Assembly (NCBI GenBank): GCA_963693365.1
Contig: CAVNZM010000003.1
Coordinates: 6,207,448 to 6,271,447, forward strand
Direction of reading: 5' to 3'
DNA from: Amoebidium appalachense
Lineage: Eukaryota; Protista; Ichthyosporea
DNA length: 64,000 bases
Part shown: positions 48,119-61,029 of the stretch, piece after piece
How the letters are laid out: every line of letters begins with the position of its first letter
Numbering within the stretch: position 1 is the stretch's first letter
Program-made: the position numbers and the translations under genes
Notes under the pieces: generated by a model
Told to the model about the DNA's origin: nothing
Databases searched by the model: none
What the model saw: the letters and a program-made list of their open reading frames with translations, nothing else

Positions 48119-51100
48119 ATGCCTAATTTATCCTTCTTCTTCTGGAATGCTCGGACACTGGGCCCCCAAAAGGGCCTCCCCCCGGGACACTCGACGATAA
48201 AATCAGCTACATACAACAACAGACAAACAACCACACGTTTACAGTGATTTGCGAAACACAGTTTAAAAACCACCACAAATTCAACTCTACATTGGTCGAC
48301 ACATCCACACACCCCGGTTACGCGAAAAACCGAGGCATTATTGTACTTGCCGCACCACACGTGAGAGTGAAGTGCAAACCGGTAGCAAAAACGGAATTCT
48401 CGGTTTCTATAGAGTTTCTTTCTAATGTTTTTACTTTTGTATATTACCCACCATCTATGTCGGTTGTCGAATTGACTCACGAGTTGTCACAGTTACCAAT
48501 GTCCACTGTTATTTTAGGTGATTTTAACACGCGACTCCACCACACAGACACACTGCAAGTGAGTGTCGGGTACCCATCTAAGCCCCCGGAGCGTGCTATC
48601 CCTTTAGCAAGGTATGTCCAAAGTCACACTTTGCGGTTCCCTCAAATATCCCATGCCCACAACACCGACTGGGGAGTGGCCTTTTGGCCATCAACCATGT
48701 CAAAACTCTCTCTCCCTCCTAACCTCTCTAGGTCATCTGACCACTCTCCTATCCTTTTCCTACCTAAGATCTCCCTTGATCTGCTCCCCCCTCCCCCTCC
48801 CACCTTTCGCCTCCGTCTATCCCAGCTTAAGTCACAGTGGGGTAGAGTTGATGTATGTGTATGCTATGCTACGAAACACCCTATATATATGCGCCTATTA
48901 GAATCTGCACAAGCCAGGCCAGATTCACATCTCGTACTAGATACATGCACTAACTTTATTGTTGATGATTTGATAGATCTCGGTGATTATGCTGGCGGTG
49001 GTAGGAAGGAATATCCCGATGCTCTCTTGTTACCAAACACCACTCCCGCTAGACTAGGTGAACCCCTGTCTCAAAAGGAAAGCTTGCGCCGGCTTGCTAG
49101 TATGAATCGATTTGGCCCCCCTGCTCGTATTATTGGTGATACCACTGGAGACCCCCTCATAGACTCTGATAAGTATTTCTCGGAACTGTTTAAAGATAGG
49201 ACCCCCGCTCAGAAACCTATTGTGTGGCCTGTAGACCCATCTATCCCCATAGAATCGATCCTCCCCTTTTTCAGTCCCGATGCCATATGGTCTGTGATAT
49301 CTAGTTATAGCTCTAGTAAGTCTTGTGGACCTGATGGACTCCCTGCTGGGTTTCTTAAAATCCTTGTTCCCTCCTACCCACAAAAGGAAAGTGATCGTGC
49401 TATTAAACCTGATCTTACTATCATGTTAAGCTCTCTCTTTTCTTGGTGTGTTAAATGTGGACATGTCCCGTCATCTTGGTTAGATACCTTAGTGATCCCC
49501 ATAGTTAAGAAGGACTCTGAGGGCCCCATATCATCCTTTCGCCCCATTACACTAACCCAGGTTGTTCGTGTTGGAGTGCAGACTTACGCTCACTCCACAA
49601 TATGTGTATGTTAGCTTTACAATTGGTTCCGTGTACACAGACACACGCTGACACTCGATCACCACATGCACATCTGCATAGTTGAGGAATGTTGCCAACT
49701 GTGTTTTGACTGCAAACGATTGGTTCACTGGTCCCAGAGATCTCTAAATGAAAGTAACCAATCCGATTAGCGCCTGGCATCCGGATTACATTCCAGACTG
49801 CTGCCCCACGGGTATATAAGCCACGTCTCTGCCAGGTGCAGAAATGGAGTTCAGTCATGGAGTTAAGTCATGGAGTTAAGTCATGGAGTTCAGTCATGGA
49901 GTTAACACACTGAAAGCAGTAAAAAAACGGGTCAGCGCCCAAGCGCGCCACGACGACCCTAGTCACAGCGGACTCTACTTCCAACAGGGTTATGGGCCCA
50001 GACACGACACCGCGGCCTCTAACTTCACGTCCCCTACGACGCCTTGAACGGAGGAGCCCAGAAACCGACTTCTAGGCTGTACCCTACACCCGCGAGCGTA
50101 TTTCCGTGAAGTAGAGACTTTCGCTTCCACAAACTCCATCCGCAGCAGCCTGCGACATCAACGTCAAGTATTCCACTTCATTGGCGGGGCACGCACCACA
50201 GTGGAATGCACACCCCGGTCTACCCTGCAAGCAGCCACACTCACTCTCTCTTCTCTACAGTGGTGTGTACACTTCTCCAATTGGGTAGGGGTGTTGGAGT
50301 GCAGACTTACGCTCACTCCACAATATGTGTATGTTAGCTTTACAATTGGTTCCGTGTACACAGACACACGCTGACACTCGATCACCACATGCACATCTGC
50401 ATAGTTGAGGAATGTTGCCAATTGTGTTTTGACTGCAAACGATTGGTTCACTGGTCCCAGAGATCTCTAAATGAAAGTAACCAATCCGATTAGCACCTGG
50501 CATCCGGATTACATTCCAGACTGCTGCCCCACGGGTATATAAGCCACGTCTCTGCCAGGTGCAGACATGGAGTTCAGACATGGAGTTCAGTCATGGAGTT
50601 AAGTCATGGAGTTAAGTCATGGAGTTAAGTCATGGAGTTAAGTCATGGAGTTCAGTCATGGAGTTAAGTCATGGAGTTAAGTCATGGAGTTCAGTCATGG
50701 AGTTAACACACTGAAAGCAGTAAAAAAACGGGTCAGCGCCCAAGCGCGCCACGACGACCCTAGTCACAGCGGACTCTACTTCCAACATAACTTCACGTCC
50801 CCTACGACGCCTTGAACGGAGGAGCCAGAAACCGACTTCTAGGCTGTACCCTACACCCGCGAGCGTATTTCCGTGAAGTAGAGACTTTCGCTTCCACAAA
50901 CTCCATCCGCAGCAGCCTGCAACATCAACGTCAAGTATTCCACTTCATTGGCGGGGCACGCACCACAGTGGAATGCACACCCCGGTGTACCCTGCAAGCA
51001 GCCACACTCACTCCGAGTCTCTCTTCTCTAGTGGTGTGTACACTTCTCCAATTGGGTAGGGGTGTTGGAGTGCAGACTTACGCTCACTCCACAATATGTG

Positions 51101-53229
51101 TATGTTAGCTTTACAATTGGTTCCGTGTACACAGACACACGCTGACACTCGATCACCACATGCACATCTGCATAGTTGAGGAATGTTGCCAACTGTGTTT
51201 TGACTGCAAACGATTGGTTCACTGGTCCCAGAGATCTCTAAATGAAAGTAACCAATCCGATTAGCGCCTGGCATCCGGATTACATTCCAGACTGCTGCCC
51301 CACGGGTATATAAGCCACGTCTCTGCCAGGTGCAGAAATGGAGTTCAGTCATGGAGTTAAGTCATGGAGTTAAGTCATGGAGTTCAGTCATGGAGTTAAC
51401 ACACTGAAAGCAGTAAAAAAACGGGTCAGCGCCCAAGCGCGCCACGACGACCCTAGTCACAGCGGACTCTACTTCCAACAGTTCGTAGATTCTTTGAAGC
51501 TTGCTTACTTAGGTTATTTGCACATCACCCTAGGTTTCAATCTATTCTTCACATACACCCATGCCAATCCGCTTTTCGTAAAAACAATTCATGTTATGTT
51601 CAAATAATGGCACTGCACGATTCTATGCAAGTTGGTGCACAATATGTTGGCTTTATTGATTGGAAAACTGCTTACGATTCTGTCTCCCCTGGTCTCCTAT
51701 GGGAAAAGCTTGCTGCACGGGGTGTACCACACTGCATTGGTGTTCTGTTAGAAGCACTCTTGTCTCAAACCTATGGTAGAGCTGTGGTTAATGGGCATCT
51801 TTCATATGGTTTTGCTCGTACTAGAGGTCTCTTGCAGGGTTCATTGCTTAGCCCCTTTTTGTTTAACCTATTTATAGATGATTTGGCTGTCAAGATTTAC
51901 GCCGAAAACGATGACCCTATTAATAACTTTCCGCCTGCACTTCTCTATGCTGATGATCTGTCCCTCCTTGCCCGTACCCCTAGACGCCTGCAAAGATTGT
52001 TCGATGTAGTGTCAGAGTGGTGCAAGGCAAACCTTATGATCCTTAACATAGACAAATGTGGTGTTCTTGTACCTGATATAGCTAACAATTTACACACATT
52101 TACATTATCATCTAAACCTGTACCTATAGTTCCAGAATACAAATATCTTGGTGTTCCGGTTGATTCTGTTGGTGTTATGTTTCCCCATATGGTCGAAAAG
52201 AGGGTAGAGTTGGCTCGTAAGCGGTTAGCTTTCTTCTCGGCTAATATTTTTAAAGACACACCCCTCCATCCTTCTATTAGACTTACATTTATTCGCACTT
52301 TTGTCTTCCCGGCATGTGAATATGGTTTACCCCTTCTCGCCGCTTGGATCAAGAAAGAGAGAACTAGAGCGCTTAAACCCTTGGCAAATTTCCTTGAAGC
52401 AGAAGTTGCCTCCTTTCTATCTAACAACTGTTGTAAACCTGGGCCTGTAACGCTCTCGATATATGGTCTGGTCCCAATAGCTGCTAGAGTATCCTATCTC
52501 GCGCTGAAATTCAATAAGCACATAAGCCGCTTAAAGAAGTATTTGCCCTCCCACCCTCTCTTCTCTATCCGACCTGTCCCCTCCTCACCTCTCCCCTCTT
52601 TCCTCCCCTCTCTCTCCCCTTCTCCCCTGGGCACAAATACAAATAAACCCCGCAATAGTGTGTGTGTGACTTTGGACTGCCACTTACTTATTAAACATGT
52701 ACACAATCACAAGATAATCACGCAATATAACAAATGGAAAAAGATACCACACGACACTAGACCCGATGAAAGCATACACCTTGAAAAACTAAGCCTTATG
52801 TCTCGTTTTATATATACTGACCGCCTCAACCATATTGCCAAATATGGCACTCGCAAGTGTATAACACCTAAATACATATTACCTTCCTGTAGAACTGGTC
52901 TTTCTCTAGCTGATGGTATTATTGATCAATTACCACGCTTTTACTGTACACGTGCTATACAGTGGAGATCTAATAAGTATAAGGTGGCATCATTTGCATG
53001 CCCAAACAACACACACACACACCAGTTTAACCGGTCATGTATCGCCAAATGTAGTTTGATAGACCACATAATACCGCAACACACACACGTCACATTCACA
53101 ACAGACACCCAGAAAGATAGCCTACCTGTAAATTACAACATCCTTGATTTTATACTAAACACGCGTAACTACGACCTGTTTATTAGATGTATTGATTGGC
53201 TTGAGAAACACATCACTACAAAATTATAG
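48119..53229 (+). pseudogene. LINE ORF2 (endonuclease-reverse transcriptase) interrupted by a TRIM
   Basis: WNAR, ICET, ILGDFN, SDHSPI (APE); GPDG, FRPITL, FIDWKTAYDSV, GLLQGSLLSPFLFN, LYADDL, YKYLG (RT); frameshift near 48180. Confidence 0.9.
49569..51480 (+). mobile_element. Tandem three-LTR TRIM with a copia-type PBS
   Basis: LTRs 49569-49986, 50292-50787 and 51063-51480 with TGTTGGA...TCCAACA ends; TSD GTTCG; PBS GGTTATGGGCCCAG; PPT gggtagggg. Confidence 0.9.
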
Positions 53230-53324
53230 CGCACGCGCACACACACACACAAACACACACACACACACACACACACAACCAGCTGATACCGAGTGTCCCG
53301 AGGGGAGCCCCTTTAAAAAAAAAA

Positions 53325-53401
<77 letters not shown>

Positions 53402-54344
53402 GGGGAACCCCAACTAATTGATTTCTCCTTGTAGTCTTTATGGTGTCTCGTAGAGAAAGTAAACCCTGATATATAGTCACCACCCGACATCTATGTACGT
53501 GATCATGATATACCGCTGAGGGGATATTCCGAGCAAACCCCCCCCCCCCCCCTACCTGAGACTGGTTCTCTTTGCCTCGAGTAAACAGCGTAAACCCCAG
53601 ATTGATTTCATATTAAAATGTGGATCTAAATGGCTCAGCCAATAGGAAGGCGCGAAATCCAACCTCTCTGTGATTGGGCGAACAGCTCAGAGGAGGTGTC
53701 GACACAACTGAAGTAAACAAACAAATGTGCACTTATGCGTGTAGATAAATAAATTCAGAAGCAAAAAATACACTCTCTGGAAAAATGTGGCCCGGTGCTG
53801 TAGCTGAATCCAGTGTATTCCTATTGAGTCGGAACCCCTTCCAAAAAACCACCACAGACAGCTCAGTTGTGTGTCTGCATCCAAACACGAGAGCTTGTTA
53901 GTATTTTTTTTTTTGCCCTGCTCTTGCAGCACCCGTGAGCCAGGCCATATAAAAGCCAAAAGCACGCTTGTTTTCTCACTCAGCAGCCAGCACCCCCACC
54001 TCCAGCCCGGCTTGGTCCTGTCACACACGGTGGCTTTTGTTTGCCAGGTAATGCTATTCCAGCCCTTCCATGGCACCGTGTACGGCACCGAGGGTGTGCA
54101 GAGTCGGGATACACACAGGCACATACACATCCGTGGCCCTATTTCGACTTTTGAATTGGGTTTATGTCGCTGCCGTAAGCCGTCTCGTGACCTCAAATGT
54201 TTTATGTATCTTCTAAATTCAACGATTGACTGTGCGATTTTTGACACCCGTGGGTATCAAAATTCCTGCTTTCCCGTTGGCTGACAACAGGCACTATATC
54301 CCACACAGGAACACATGTGGTGCCAACCACAACACCGCGCAAGG

Positions 54345-54485
54345 ATGAGTGGGGCGGACTTGGAGGGTGCTGTGTCTGTTTGCACCGGCGTTGGGCTACG
54401 AAACCCCTCGGAGGTAGGAAGACAGGGACACCCTGAGACCAGCACCATTTACACACACCATTTTATTGACTCGGTGCCTTCTGTC

Positions 54486-54533
<48 letters not shown>

Positions 54534-56875
54534 CGCATGCACACACACACACATACATATGTTTACATATATGTATACACACAGGTGGAAAGGGTGGAGC
54601 CCCGATGGGAAGCGCCCGATGTCGTTCCAGGAGGGATACCCACCCGTGCACTAGAGGACTACGTGGGCTATCCATATGTACAGAGATTGGTACTCATCCC
54701 ACCCAGCTGTACCATCCCATAATGATTGTATTCTCCCTCGCTTTTGGTCCATGAAGAACAGCTGTAACTGATGGTTTTTATAATTGCACACACACACAGC
54801 TGGATATCGCCGTAAAAGCGACGGGTGGCAATCGTCGTTGCTTGGAAGATGAACTGGCGGACGCAATTATGTCGTCGCTTCTGTCCATTTATACTCAACC
54901 CATGGCTGATATGACAGACGCTCAGGTATATGACCACCGTCCTACACAAGTTCAGAGTTGTCTGTATATCATTGTATTTGCCTTCCACCCAATGCCTCCC
55001 CCCCTTCCTTTATCCCCCCCCCCTTCCCCTGTCCCCCCCCCCCCTCTTTCCCATATCCCCCCTTCCCCCTTTCCCATATCCCCCCTTCCCCCCCCCTTCC
55101 CCTATCCCCCCCCCCCTTCCCCTATCCCCTTCCCCCTTCCCCTATCCCCTTCCCCCTTCCCATATCCCCCCTTTCCCCCCCCCCCCCCCCCCCTTGCCCT
55201 ATCCCCCCCTTTTCCCATATCCCCCTTCCCCCCCCCCTTCCCCTATCCCCTTCCCCCTTCCCATATCCCCCCCCCCCCACACACACACACTCCCCTCCTC
55301 CTCCCCGGGCTTCACCCCAATACCCTAACTTTCAAGCGTCCATGTCCACCTACACAGTCACGTGAACACACGCAAATACCACAACATACCTAAACTAAAC
55401 CCCGACCCACAGGTGCAATGGCACGCGCTGCCCCCCCCCCCTACAAGAGTGAGCACTCCAAGCCAGCAGCGGGGAATGACGTGCCACACCCCAGACAGCA
55501 TCGTCTCCGCGCCATCCTTTACCACAGAAGAATGGGAAATGGTAGAGAGAATGTGTAAAGAAAGCGATCCCACGAACAGTCGTAGTCATACACAGGAGTG
55601 TTTGGCCCCTTCGACGGAGTCCGACACAAGTAGGGACTGGCATTACACCCACCCACCCCAAGTGTCGACCCCCCCGTCAACCGTGTATGACGGGGGTGTG
55701 TCCGTGGAGGTACACCGTGACGACGCCTACTTGTGGGCAGCCTTACATAATACTGGCCACGAGATGTTGGTGTCAAAAACGGGCAGGCGACTCTTTCCAA
55801 CCTTCAGGGTCAGTACCACCAATACCCCCCCCCCCCCCACACACACACACCCTCTCCCCCCCCCCCCCCCCCCCCCCCCCCCCTTCCCCACCCCCCCCCC
55901 CCCCACCCCCTTTCCCCTCCCCTTTCCCCTCTCCATCCCCCCCCCCCCACCCCCTCCCCCTTTCCCCTCCCCTTTCCCCTCTCCATCCCCCCCCCACCCC
56001 CCCCCCCAAAAAAAAAAGAAAGAAGAAAAAGGAAAAAATGGGCCCACGGCCGAGCTGTTAACACCTACCGTTCCCACAGGTCATGTTCCGGGGGCTGGAC
56101 CCGAACTCAGCATACTACGTATGGCTTCAATTCGAGTTCATCAACCCTGACCAGGCCATGTTGAGATGGGACCCCCTTGCCCAACAGTGGAAGCCCGCCC
56201 GCGCCAAAGCCGCGCGAGGTAAGTATCCACACCCCTTCTGATTGGAGCCACGTGGCCAGATTCTTTACTCACCACTTGTCCTACACAGACCCTCGTGCCG
56301 GTGCTGGGACCAAGCATCACCTCAGAAGAGACTCAGGGCCCATTCTTGGCTCCATACTCGTAGCAGACAACGCGGCGCACGCATGGAACATAAAGCTGAG
56401 CACACAGGACGCCCCTGGCAGCGAGGTCTTGCAAACTTTCAGGAGTTACGTCCCAGTGGTCTATATCCAGGAGGTTGGCAGCAGTGGCCAGTCTTCCGAG
56501 GCCACGCCCTTGCGATTTCCCATGTATCTGTGTGCATTCGTTCCTGTCACCGCATATCACAACAAGGACCTGCGAACCCTCAAAATCCTGACCAACCCAC
56601 AGGCCAGGCGGACGTCGGCCATGAGCATGCACAGCTACAAGCGACTGCAACCAACTCTGGTATGCCATTTTAGTCCTCCCCGGATTCGGGATTTTGTATT
56701 GGTTGTTCTGACCACTGCCATCCCCACAGATGTTCGTCGGCAACAGTGTGAATCACATGAAAATCAAGCTGACCGAGGTCCCCGGCAGTGGAGACGAAGA
56801 CGTGTGATGGCTGCGGCAGATCTCGACTTGGCGCTTTTTGGCTGTACATGTGAGCTTGAATGGTTTTTACTATAG
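54345..56875 (+). CDS. Divergent T-box transcription factor, multi-exon (5' and 3' exon limits uncertain)
   Basis: LWAALHNTGHEMLVSKTGRRLFPTFR | intron 55809-56079 | VMFRGLDPNSAYYV...RWD...QWK | intron 56219-~56288 | ...FVPVTAYHNKDLRTLKILTNPQA. Confidence 0.88.
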
Positions 56876-57218
56876 TAGTCAACTTGAAGATATACAGTTG
56901 CACAATAACCAGTACGTGATTTTCAGTACATTCTAAGTTTGTACGCAAATATACATACGACATAAGACAGACCAGGTGTCTGCCTGCTAGTGAATAAACA
57001 ATATTCTGTCCTCTAAGTTTGACCTTCTAGTCCCAACGACCTATTTGGCACTGGTTCACCGAACGGCCCATTGGGCGTTGTGTGGTTGAAAGCCCCAAAC
57101 GGCGCTGCCATCGCGATCCAGTGTGCGCTTTTAGTATAAAAGCCGGCTGCACACATTTTTTTTCTGTGCATCCATCACTCTGGTACCCCTGCCAGCCATG
57201 CCCGACACAGACATGACC

Positions 57219-57623
57219 ATGTCCGACTTCAAGCAGTGCCTCCAGGTCTACTAGTAGTACGCACAGGCAGAGCATGTCATTGCCGAGCAGAAAAAGGCAA
57301 TCAAGCCCCACACCAACAGCATGAAGGAGGCAAAGAAACGCATACTCGAGTTCATGCTCTCCGCCAGCCCCGAGCCCATCCATGCCTGTACCCTCCCCAA
57401 CAAGCAGGACAAACTCGAGCTGGTGCAGCGCGAGAAACGTCCCCGTGCCGACGACAACATCATACTGGAGGCACTGGTGAAACACTTCAAAGGAGACACG
57501 GTCGAGGCCAACAAAGCCGTGGATGCCATCCAGCAGCGCGTCAACGAGGCCGCCACCACCGTGTATTCGCTCAAGCACGTGCGCAACAAGCCCGGGAAGG
57601 GCAGCGACGAGGAGCTCGAATAA
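57219..57623 (+). pseudogene. NCLDV DUF5760-like protein with two tandem in-frame TAG codons
   Basis: MSDFKQCLQVY**YAQAE...KKRILEFM...LVKHFKGDTVEANKAVDAI...SLK; TATAAAA at ~57135. Confidence 0.6.
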
Positions 57624-57994
57624 ACAAGCGCTGCTGTGCAGTGGCCCATACATGTGTCTTGGCTTGCTTGCCCCCCCCCCCCCCCCCCCCTCTTTTTTTT
57701 CATCTACTCCCCCCCTTTTTTCATCTAGTCCTCCCCCCTTTTTTTTCATCTAGATCCCCCCCCCCCCTTCCCATCCCCCCTTGTTTTATCTTCTTCCCCC
57801 CTCCCCCCCCCCTCTTGGATCCTCCCCCCATCCCCCCCCCTTTTTTCCCGTTTTCATCTAGTTCACCCTGCCTGTTTTTTTCCATCTACTTCCCCCCCCC
57901 TCCCTTTTCATCTAGACCCCCCCCCCCCTCTTGGATCCCCCCCCCTTTCCTATTTTTTCATCTAGACTCCCCATTCCCTCTCTCTCTGTCTCTA

Positions 57995-58730
57995 TCTCTC
58001 GACACAATAAAGGCAGTGGATGACACCGAGAAGAAGGTGCAACACTGGTACTAATATGCCGTTTAGACCAATCAAAAGAAAGCTGCTTGAAAGCAGCTTT
58101 CTCTAAACCAATCGTGTTAATGTTTAAATTTTAAATGTTTTATAATCAGGCCAAATTTATCCCGTTTCATTGTCACGCAGCAAGTGACACGGGACAAGTA
58201 ATACACGACTTATGTGTATGCTAAACAATTGGGAACTGTCTCTGTCTCTCGACACAATAAAGGCAGTGGATGACACCGAGAAGAAGGTTAAATACTGGAG
58301 CAAGCGGGGACATGGGCTTTTTGCAGAAAGCTTAAGCCATTGCCAGGATCAACCAACAGCCAATCAGAGGAAAGTGGACTGGAGTCCCCATTCCTTTCAT
58401 TGGACAAGCCAGCACCGATGACGACATACAAGGAAAAATGCCCATGGGCAGTATTCCCGAGACCGCCAACGAGCCAATCAAAGGAAAGTTGAGAAAAAGT
58501 CACTTTCCTCTCATTGGTTCAGAGAGCACCGTGACGCTAATTCAATCCCCTTTCCTCCCATTTGGCCAACTGCGCACTGCGGGTCGCGAGTACAACACTG
58601 GAAAGACCGGTGATGAAGCAAAGAAGAAAATTACCTGGTGGCATGAGCGCCACTCGGTTTTGCTAGACAACATTGTGTGCAGGATCAACAAGCCAATCAA
58701 AGGAGAGTTGGCATTTGCCAACTCTCCCCC
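57995..58730 (+). pseudogene. Cluster of KilA-N gene fragments and 26-bp palindrome modules
   Basis: DDTEKKV..W twice; GREYNTGKTGDEAKKKITWW...IVCRINKPIKGELAFANS aligns with GREYNKEKHGDGAEKKFVLW...IVDKINQKGPVPMGT. Confidence 0.7.
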
Positions 58731-59235
58731 CTCCCCCCTTTTTTCCCCGTTTTCATCTAGTCCCCCTCCCTCTTTTTTCCATCTACTTCCCCTCCTCCTC
58801 CCTTTTTCATCTAGACCCCCCCCTCCCCCCCCCCCTTGTTTTTATCTACTCCCCCCTCCCCCTCCCTTTTTTCATTTCAATCCCCTCCCGTTCACAGACA
58901 AACCCCGAGAGGGTTTCATTGGCCGGTGGGTGACCGACCACAGCATTCGTTTTGGCCACCTTCTGCTCTCCAGCGGCACATTTGGCGTTTGCCGTGACAT
59001 CTGACACAGGGGATTGGCTGTTTTCGAAACCGCGGCTATCTGATTGGCCGCCTGTGCAGCAGAGCGCCCCAAGCGCCGCAACCCTGCGCAAAAAGGTGTA
59101 TTCGCCGTGCGCGATTGGGCCGTTTCCATGCCTGATCCAAGCGGCCGCAGCATAAATACTGCCCCCGCCCGCACACGACAGGCATCACACATCCGTTTCT
59201 CTTCTTCCACATTCGCCGCAAAACCTGCCGCAAAC

Positions 59236-60633
59236 ATGGCTGCCGCTGTCCTACCCCCCTCGGCGCCCGCCGTCGACTGTGCTGCCCCGGCCCCTGCCCC
59301 CCTGCCCGCCACCGCCACCCCTGCCTACCCTGCCTTCAGGGAGATCCGTGCCCCTCCCTCCATGGACTTTGGCGAACGCGTGCTCACTGTTGCTACCACC
59401 TACCCCAACGGTCATGTCTACTTCAACGCCACCATGCTGTGCAACGTGGGCCGGGAGTACAACAAGGAGAAGCACGGGGATGGTGCTGAGAAGAAGTTTG
59501 TCCTGTGGAGCCGCAAGAATTTGGACATCATAGGCAAGATTGTCGACAAGATCAACCAGAAAGGACCGGTGCCCATGGGCACCCAGGGTCACGTGACCAC
59601 CAACGACGTCCCGGCCAAGCAGGGACCCTCGGTGCCCATGGGCACCCAGGGTCACGTGACCACCAACGACGTCCCGGCCAAGCAGGGACCCTCGGTGCCC
59701 ATGGGCACCCAGGGTCACGTGACCACCAACGAAGTCATTGATGCCTCCAGGGCTCAGAAACAGACTGGCGACCCTGCCCTGCGCGGCACCTTTGTGCACA
59801 TCGCCCTCTTCCCCGCCCTTGCCCGCTACGTGTCCACCGACTTTGCCGTGCACACCGACTCCCTTCTCTCCCGCATGTTCACCGGCGACTACACCGTGGT
59901 GGCCGATGTGATTGAGCTGTGCGATGGCTACACGGGCGCCACCACCACCAAGATGGCCATCGACATGGACCAGGTGCGGGCTGCAAGGGAGGCCGAAACC
60001 CCCATGCCCATGGAAACCGACATGGCCGAGCAAGTGGCCAGTCTGGTGCAGCGCACGGTGGCAGAGGTGGTGGCCAAGAACAACGAGCTGACACAGCAGA
60101 ACATGGAGCTTATGCAGCACAACATAACGCTCACCAACAAGATAGTGGACGTGGTCACCAAGTACGAGGGTATGGCTGCCCGTGTGCTGGACATGGCCAA
60201 GAACCTCTACCGAGAACCCTACCCCCAGCGCGCCCTTTCCCTCCCCACCTACATCATGCCCGACGACAGCTGTGCCGACACCGAGTATGGCCGCACCCTG
60301 GTCAAGCACACCTTCGATGACATGGCCAAGATCCTCACCCCCTGGCTCAAGAACATGTCTGTGAACGAAATCCAGCTGCACATTGGCCGGCTTATGGACA
60401 TCGACGAGGACAAGTGCTACAGCCTCAAGATCCGCAGCAGGAACTCGCTTGTCTTTCTCACGGCCATCTACTCTGCATGCAAGATCCGCTGGTCCCTACG
60501 CAACGCCACCCACCTTACGTGGCGGCAGTTGTACCTGGTGCTCAATAGGTTCAATGAACTGACAGCTACTGCCGGCACCACACAGCTCGAGTCTAGGGTG
60601 TGTGACCTGCGTGCGCGGTTCGGGTTTGACTAG
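59236..60633 (+). CDS. KilA-N (APSES-like) domain protein with a triplicated palindrome-encoded loop
   Basis: YFNATMLC...KKFVLW...GTFVHIALFPALARYVSTDFA; 60-bp repeat x3 at ~59568-59730; coiled coil; CCAAT and TATA upstream. Confidence 0.88.
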   Translation: MAAAVLPPSAPAVDCAAPAPAPLPATATPAYPAFREIRAPPSMDFGERVLTVATTYPNGHVYFNATMLCNVGREYNKEKHGDGAEKKFVLWSRKNLDIIGKIVDKINQKGPVPMGTQGHVTTNDVPAKQGPSVPMGTQGHVTTNDVPAKQGPSVPMGTQGHVTTNEVIDASRAQKQTGDPALRGTFVHIALFPALARYVSTDFAVHTDSLLSRMFTGDYTVVADVIELCDGYTGATTTKMAIDMDQVRAAREAETPMPMETDMAEQVASLVQRTVAEVVAKNNELTQQNMELMQHNITLTNKIVDVVTKYEGMAARVLDMAKNLYREPYPQRALSLPTYIMPDDSCADTEYGRTLVKHTFDDMAKILTPWLKNMSVNEIQLHIGRLMDIDEDKCYSLKIRSRNSLVFLTAIYSACKIRWSLRNATHLTWRQLYLVLNRFNELTATAGTTQLESRVCDLRARFGFD

Positions 60634-60952
60634 GGTAGTACTGTGTGCACAACGGTGGAATGGGAGATATCGAGACTGCAACAAAAACCAGTTCCAAGCA
60701 TTTCGAGTATACATTTGTGTGGGTTTAGGTAGTAGAGGTTGTGTGTATATCATCGGCGGTCACGCGACCCCGCGTGCCCATAGGCACAAAGGCCAAATAA
60801 AACTTTCAATACTTTATTTGAGCACACTGGCTGCTTTGTGTACACGTGTTTTTGTGTGTACCCCCGCCCCCTCCGATTTTTTTCATCTAGTTCCCCTCCC
60901 CCCACCTTCTCATCTAGTCCCCCTAGTCCCCCCCCCCCTCCCCTCCCCCCAC

Positions 60953-60984
<32 letters not shown>

Positions 60985-61029
60985 CCCTCCTCCCTGTAGC
61001 CAAAGTTCATCCACCGTGTGTCTTGCGAG

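Larger units (their letters stand above)
47452..53400 (+). mobile_element. Non-LTR retrotransposon (LINE; APE endonuclease plus RT)
   Basis: ORF1 ~47632-48126; ORF2 48119-53229; 3' (AATA)n/poly(A) tail at 53315-53400; 5' end approximate and no TSD found. Confidence 0.85.

Noticed and set aside
53280-53315. Possible hammerhead ribozyme in the LINE 3' UTR (ctgata...)
   Set aside because: It lacks the CTGANGA/GAAA core and the required stems.
16891-57257. Alternative genetic code with TAA/TAG read as Gln
   Set aside because: Many genes here end at TAA or TAG at plausible positions, and long ORFs otherwise lack them.
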